64,000 bases of DNA from contig CAVXXW010000010.1 in NCBI GenBank assembly GCA_963765785.1, positions 6,024-70,023 of the forward strand, written 5' to 3'. Source of the stretch: an uncultured Actinomycetes bacterium. GTDB lineage: Bacteria > Actinomycetota > Thermoleophilia > Gaiellales > Gaiellaceae. The position numbers and the translations under genes are program-made. Shown one piece after another: positions 60,857-64,000 of this stretch (position 1 is its first letter; every line of letters begins with the position of its first letter). The notes under the pieces were generated by a model. It saw only the letters and a list, made by a program, of their open reading frames with translations. It was not told where the DNA came from and searched no databases.

Positions 60857-62248
60857 CTAGCTGGGGGGCGGCGCGCCGACGTCCGGTGAGCGCTGTGCGA
60901 GAACCGCCTGGCGGAGCGCCAGGAACTCTTGCTGGAAGTCCGTCACGCTCGCCTCCGCCTTCAGTGATGCTCGGCTGGGGATGGTTGCGTGTGCCGCGAG
61001 CTTGTCGCCCCAGCTCTGGGTCTGGGCGATCAGCTTCTGGTAGGACGAGCGCGGGATTGCAGGCCGCGCGCTCGGCTCGGTCAGCACGCCACCGAGGTGC
61101 TGCGCGGCCCGCACGCGCGCGCCCATGTCCGGCACCGTCCCGTTTGCCTTGCGACAGAAGCGAGCGAGGATCGTCTTGATGATCGACGTGTGGTCGTAGA
61201 TCGTCGAGGAGACCGAGCCTGCGCCTGCCCAGGGCGAGAGCACGAACGCAGGCACGCGCGGCCCGAGGGATCGGAGCTGCGGTGAGTCGTCTTCGCAGGC
61301 GGGGGGTGGCACGTGGTCGTAGAAGCCGCCGTGCTCGTCGTAGGTGACGATCACCATCGTCTTCTCCCACAAGGGCCCCTGCACCACAGCGTCGAACAGC
61401 TCGAGCGCGAGCTTCTGGCCCGCGTGCAGGTCGGACGGCGGGTGATCGTCGTTCGAGCCCGCCGGGCCAAAGGTGAGGTCGATGAAGTTGGGATCGATCC
61501 AAGAGACCGCCGGGAGCTCTCCCTTCGCCGCGCGCTCCACGAAGCTCGCATGGCCGAGCACGTCGCTCTTGTCGAAGTACCGCGGAATCGACCCGGCCGC
61601 ATACTTCGGGTCGATGATCCAGAGCATCGGCACGTAGTCGTGCGAGAACCACACCCACGGCACGGCCTTCGGCTTCACCGCGTCCAGCTGACGACAGAAC
61701 GACTTCAGGTTGTACGGCCGAGGCGGCTTCAGCGCCTCCAACAGGCCGCCGGAGGTGCCGGCCACTGCATAGCAGCGGTTCGGCATCGTCTCGCCCGGCA
61801 GCGAGCAGAACCAGTGGTCGCAGATGCAGAAGTTCGCCGCGAAGTAGTCGTAGACCGGAAGCTGCCTGGCCGTGTGGTAGGCCATCACGGTCCCGGGGTT
61901 GTCGCCCTGTAGCCGCGGCTGCGCGCGCGTCGACCAGTAATTCGCGGCGAAGCCGCTCATCGCGCCGTCGGCGATCTGCTTCTCGACGTCGATGTGCCCG
62001 TGCCGCGGATCCTGCGCCTTGACGAGCGTGGTGCTCTTCGCCTTGTGCACCGGCCAGTTCTTGCCGTTCGCCTTGTTGGACAGCCCCCTGCGTAGGCCCT
62101 CCAGGTCGGTGCGGCCCCCGTCGATCGTGAGGTGGCCGAGCATGTGGTCGAACGACCGGTTCTCCATCATCAGGACGACGATGTGGTCGACCTTCGAGAC
62201 GAGGTTGCGCAGCGCCGCATCGTCCGGGACGGTCGTCACTCCGGGCAC
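60857..62248 (-). CDS. phosphoesterase-family protein (phospholipase C / acid phosphatase type)
   Basis: IVVLMMENRSFDHMLG ... TYDEHGGFYDHVPPP motifs; GTG start. Confidence 0.85.
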   Translation of the reverse strand: MPGVTTVPDDAALRNLVSKVDHIVVLMMENRSFDHMLGHLTIDGGRTDLEGLRRGLSNKANGKNWPVHKAKSTTLVKAQDPRHGHIDVEKQIADGAMSGFAANYWSTRAQPRLQGDNPGTVMAYHTARQLPVYDYFAANFCICDHWFCSLPGETMPNRCYAVAGTSGGLLEALKPPRPYNLKSFCRQLDAVKPKAVPWVWFSHDYVPMLWIIDPKYAAGSIPRYFDKSDVLGHASFVERAAKGELPAVSWIDPNFIDLTFGPAGSNDDHPPSDLHAGQKLALELFDAVVQGPLWEKTMVIVTYDEHGGFYDHVPPPACEDDSPQLRSLGPRVPAFVLSPWAGAGSVSSTIYDHTSIIKTILARFCRKANGTVPDMGARVRAAQHLGGVLTEPSARPAIPRSSYQKLIAQTQSWGDKLAAHATIPSRASLKAEASVTDFQQEFLALRQAVLAQRSPDVGAPPPS

Positions 62249-62457
62249 AGAGCGACCCTACCCAAGACTGATCGCTGGCAACCACGGCCAGGCGCCAAGG
62301 CTGGCAGAAGGCCACTCGCCCGGGCCTTGGTGGTGCATCGCCGCCTCGCGCAAGGCGCATAGCCCGTCCGTCTGGGCCGACCTGAGGCGGCGGGAACCGA
62401 CCCGCGTCCACAGCGGCACCGGACGACATCCGCGGTCGGCCAGCTCTTCGCGAACGG

Positions 62458-63090
62458 CTACGGGCTCGCTCGGCTGAGTGCGAGGCGGGCGGCGATGGCC
62501 GTACGCGCCATCTGGATCGCCTCCGGGCTGTCGTACAGCAGGAAGGCGGTGTTCGCCATCAGCAGGTAGCCGTTGAGCTCAAACGCGAGCTGGTTGGGAT
62601 CCTCAACCCGGAGCTGGCCCGCGGCTTGGGCCTCCCGGACGAGCTGGGTGAGCTGGTCGGTCCAGTCGCGTTGGAACCCGGCAATGCGTTCCCTGACCGG
62701 TCCGGGGTGTGTGTCGAACTCGGCGGCGGCCGAGGCGAAGAAGCAGCCGCCGGGGAAGACGCGCCGCTCGAGGTGGGAGAGGAATTGTTCGCAGAGCACC
62801 TCGATCTTCGCGAGCGGCGTGGTCGCGTCTCTTGCCGGGGCGATCACCTCCGCCTCGAAGATCTCGCCAGCTGTCTCGATCGTCGCGAGCTGGAGCTCCT
62901 CCTTGGAACCGAAGTGGGCGTAGAGGCCGCTCTTGCTCATCCCGATGTGATCGGCAAGGCGCCCGATCGAGAGGCCTTCGAGCCCTTCGGTCGTTGCGAG
63001 CCTGGCAGCGGCGTCGAGGATCTTGTGCCGGCTGCGCTCGCCGTCTGCCCTGGCCTTCCGTGCCGCACGGTCAACGGATGTTTCGGTCAT
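62458..63090 (-). CDS. TetR-family transcriptional regulator
   Basis: N-terminal HTH (ILDAAARLATTEGLEGLSIGRLADHIGMSKSGLYAHFGSKEEL). Confidence 0.9.
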   Translation of the reverse strand: MTETSVDRAARKARADGERSRHKILDAAARLATTEGLEGLSIGRLADHIGMSKSGLYAHFGSKEELQLATIETAGEIFEAEVIAPARDATTPLAKIEVLCEQFLSHLERRVFPGGCFFASAAAEFDTHPGPVRERIAGFQRDWTDQLTQLVREAQAAGQLRVEDPNQLAFELNGYLLMANTAFLLYDSPEAIQMARTAIAARLALSRASP

Positions 63091-63094
63091 CGCC

Positions 63095-63151
63095 TTGACA
63101 AGATAGCACGATCGTTCGTATAGTCAGCCAACAAGACGACCGATCGTGCTA
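63095..63151. promoter_or_regulatory. divergent TetR/MFS control region: TTGACA-18-TATAGT plus an 11-bp inverted repeat
   Basis: TTGACA at 63095; TATAGT at 63119; TAGCACGATCG (63104-63114) and CGATCGTGCTA (63141-63151). Confidence 0.5.
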
Positions 63152-63167
63152 ACTAAGGAGGACGAAG

Positions 63168-64000
63168 GTGACCACTACCGAGATGCGCGATGCGCAAGCC
63201 GTTCGGCTCAAGACGAGTCGCGGCGCGCTGACGCTGACGCTCTTGCTGCTCGTTCAGTTCCTGGACTTCCTCGACGTCTCGATCGTCAACGTCGCCCTGC
63301 CCTCGATCAAGCACGACCTGGGTTTCTCGGCCCAGAACCTGCAGTGGGTCGTCAGCGGCTATGTGCTCACCTACGGCGGCTTCCTGCTCCTCGGCGGCCG
63401 TGCCGCCGACCTGATCGGCCGCCGCCGTGTCCTCCTCGGCGGTCTCGGCCTGTTCGCGCTCGCCTCGCTCGCCGGAGGTTTCGCGCAAACCGAAGCAGGC
63501 CTGATCGCCGCCCGCCTCGCCCAGGGCGCCGGCGCGGCCCTGATGGCGCCGGCGGCCCTCTCGATCCTGACCACCACCTTCACCCGGCCGCGCGAGCGCA
63601 ACGCGGTGCTCGGGGCATGGGCGGCCGTCCCCGGCCTGGCCGGCGCCACCGGCGTCATGCTCAGCGGCGTCCTCACCCAGGGGCCGGGTTGGCGTTGGAT
63701 CTTCTATCTGAACGTCCCGGTAACGGTGCTCGCCGCTCTCGGTGCGCTCCTGCTGATCTCGGCCAAGACGGGCGGCCGGGCCGTCGGCGGCTTCGATCTC
63801 CGCGGGGCGGCGCTCGTGACGGGCGGGATGCTGCTGTTCATCTTCACGCTCGTCCGCGCGCCGGACGTCGGCTGGAGCAACACGAGGACCATCGCGGAAC
63901 TCGTGGCTGCGATCGTCCTCCTCGCCGCCTTCGTCAGGAACGAGCGCGGCGCCAGCAACCCGCTCGTGCCGTTGTCGATCTTCCGGATCAGGGGCCTCGC
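63168..64000 (+). CDS. MFS transporter, DHA2 (EmrB/QacA-like), 3' end outside the window
   Basis: GTG after AAGGAGG; LLVQFLDFLDVSIVNVALPSI, LTYGGFLLLGGRAADLIGRRR and GWRWIFYLNVP motifs. The frame is open to the window edge, so it is absent from the ORF track. Confidence 0.85.
   Translation, partial: MTTTEMRDAQAVRLKTSRGALTLTLLLLVQFLDFLDVSIVNVALPSIKHDLGFSAQNLQWVVSGYVLTYGGFLLLGGRAADLIGRRRVLLGGLGLFALASLAGGFAQTEAGLIAARLAQGAGAALMAPAALSILTTTFTRPRERNAVLGAWAAVPGLAGATGVMLSGVLTQGPGWRWIFYLNVPVTVLAALGALLLISAKTGGRAVGGFDLRGAALVTGGMLLFIFTLVRAPDVGWSNTRTIAELVAAIVLLAAFVRNERGASNPLVPLSIFRIRGL

Overview
Very GC-rich, actinobacterium-like chromosomal segment; the lineage is an inference from gene content (whiA, HemQ, ECF sigmas, Ser/Thr kinase), not a computed result. 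I found no rRNA, no intact tRNA, no CRISPR array, and no recognisable transposase or integrase. The many long antisense ORFs in the six-frame track are ordinary high-GC artefacts. (1) 1-24.8 kb is mostly housekeeping. It holds an M48 protease, a metallophosphoesterase, two ECF sigma factors, a Ser/Thr kinase and a minus-strand glycolytic operon, gap-pgk-[558-aa Cys-rich secreted protein]-tpiA-gpmI. It also holds whiA, ogt, pruA, a BNR/sialidase-like protein, an MFS transporter, a frame-broken uvrC, a GH-A-type hydrolase, hemQ and bcp. (2) 25-44 kb is a mosaic accessory region. A perfect 40-bp direct repeat that looks like a tRNA 3' end (25057 and 31651) brackets 6.6 kb of cargo. Five paralogous mini-ORFs encoding CxxC...CxxC zinc-ribbon peptides sit in intergenic gaps between unrelated genes. 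An ECF sigma / anti-sigma / secreted-protein module is preceded by three copies of GGAACTT-N13-GGCCAAG. Many genes here are frame-disrupted: glnS twice, a beta-propeller at least four times, a DEAD-box helicase remnant and several small ORFs. (3) 44-64 kb holds an MDR oxidoreductase, GH15, a peptidase S51-like protein, hemolysin III, a class II amidotransferase, an orphan gene behind a strong palindrome-bearing promoter, a sufB fragment, groES-groEL, a GAF-PP2C phosphatase, a PRC-barrel protein, a phospholipase C-type phosphoesterase and a TetR/MFS pair. A ~30-nt intergenic motif occurs three times around 49.4-51.1 kb. I see no classical multi-gene defence or mobile system. The most unusual signals are the zinc-ribbon mini-ORF family, the tRNA-like att scars, the triple ECF-type promoter motif, apparent CTG initiation codons, and the density of single-nucleotide frame disruptions. 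Those disruptions could be real gene decay or assembly indels; only reads can tell.
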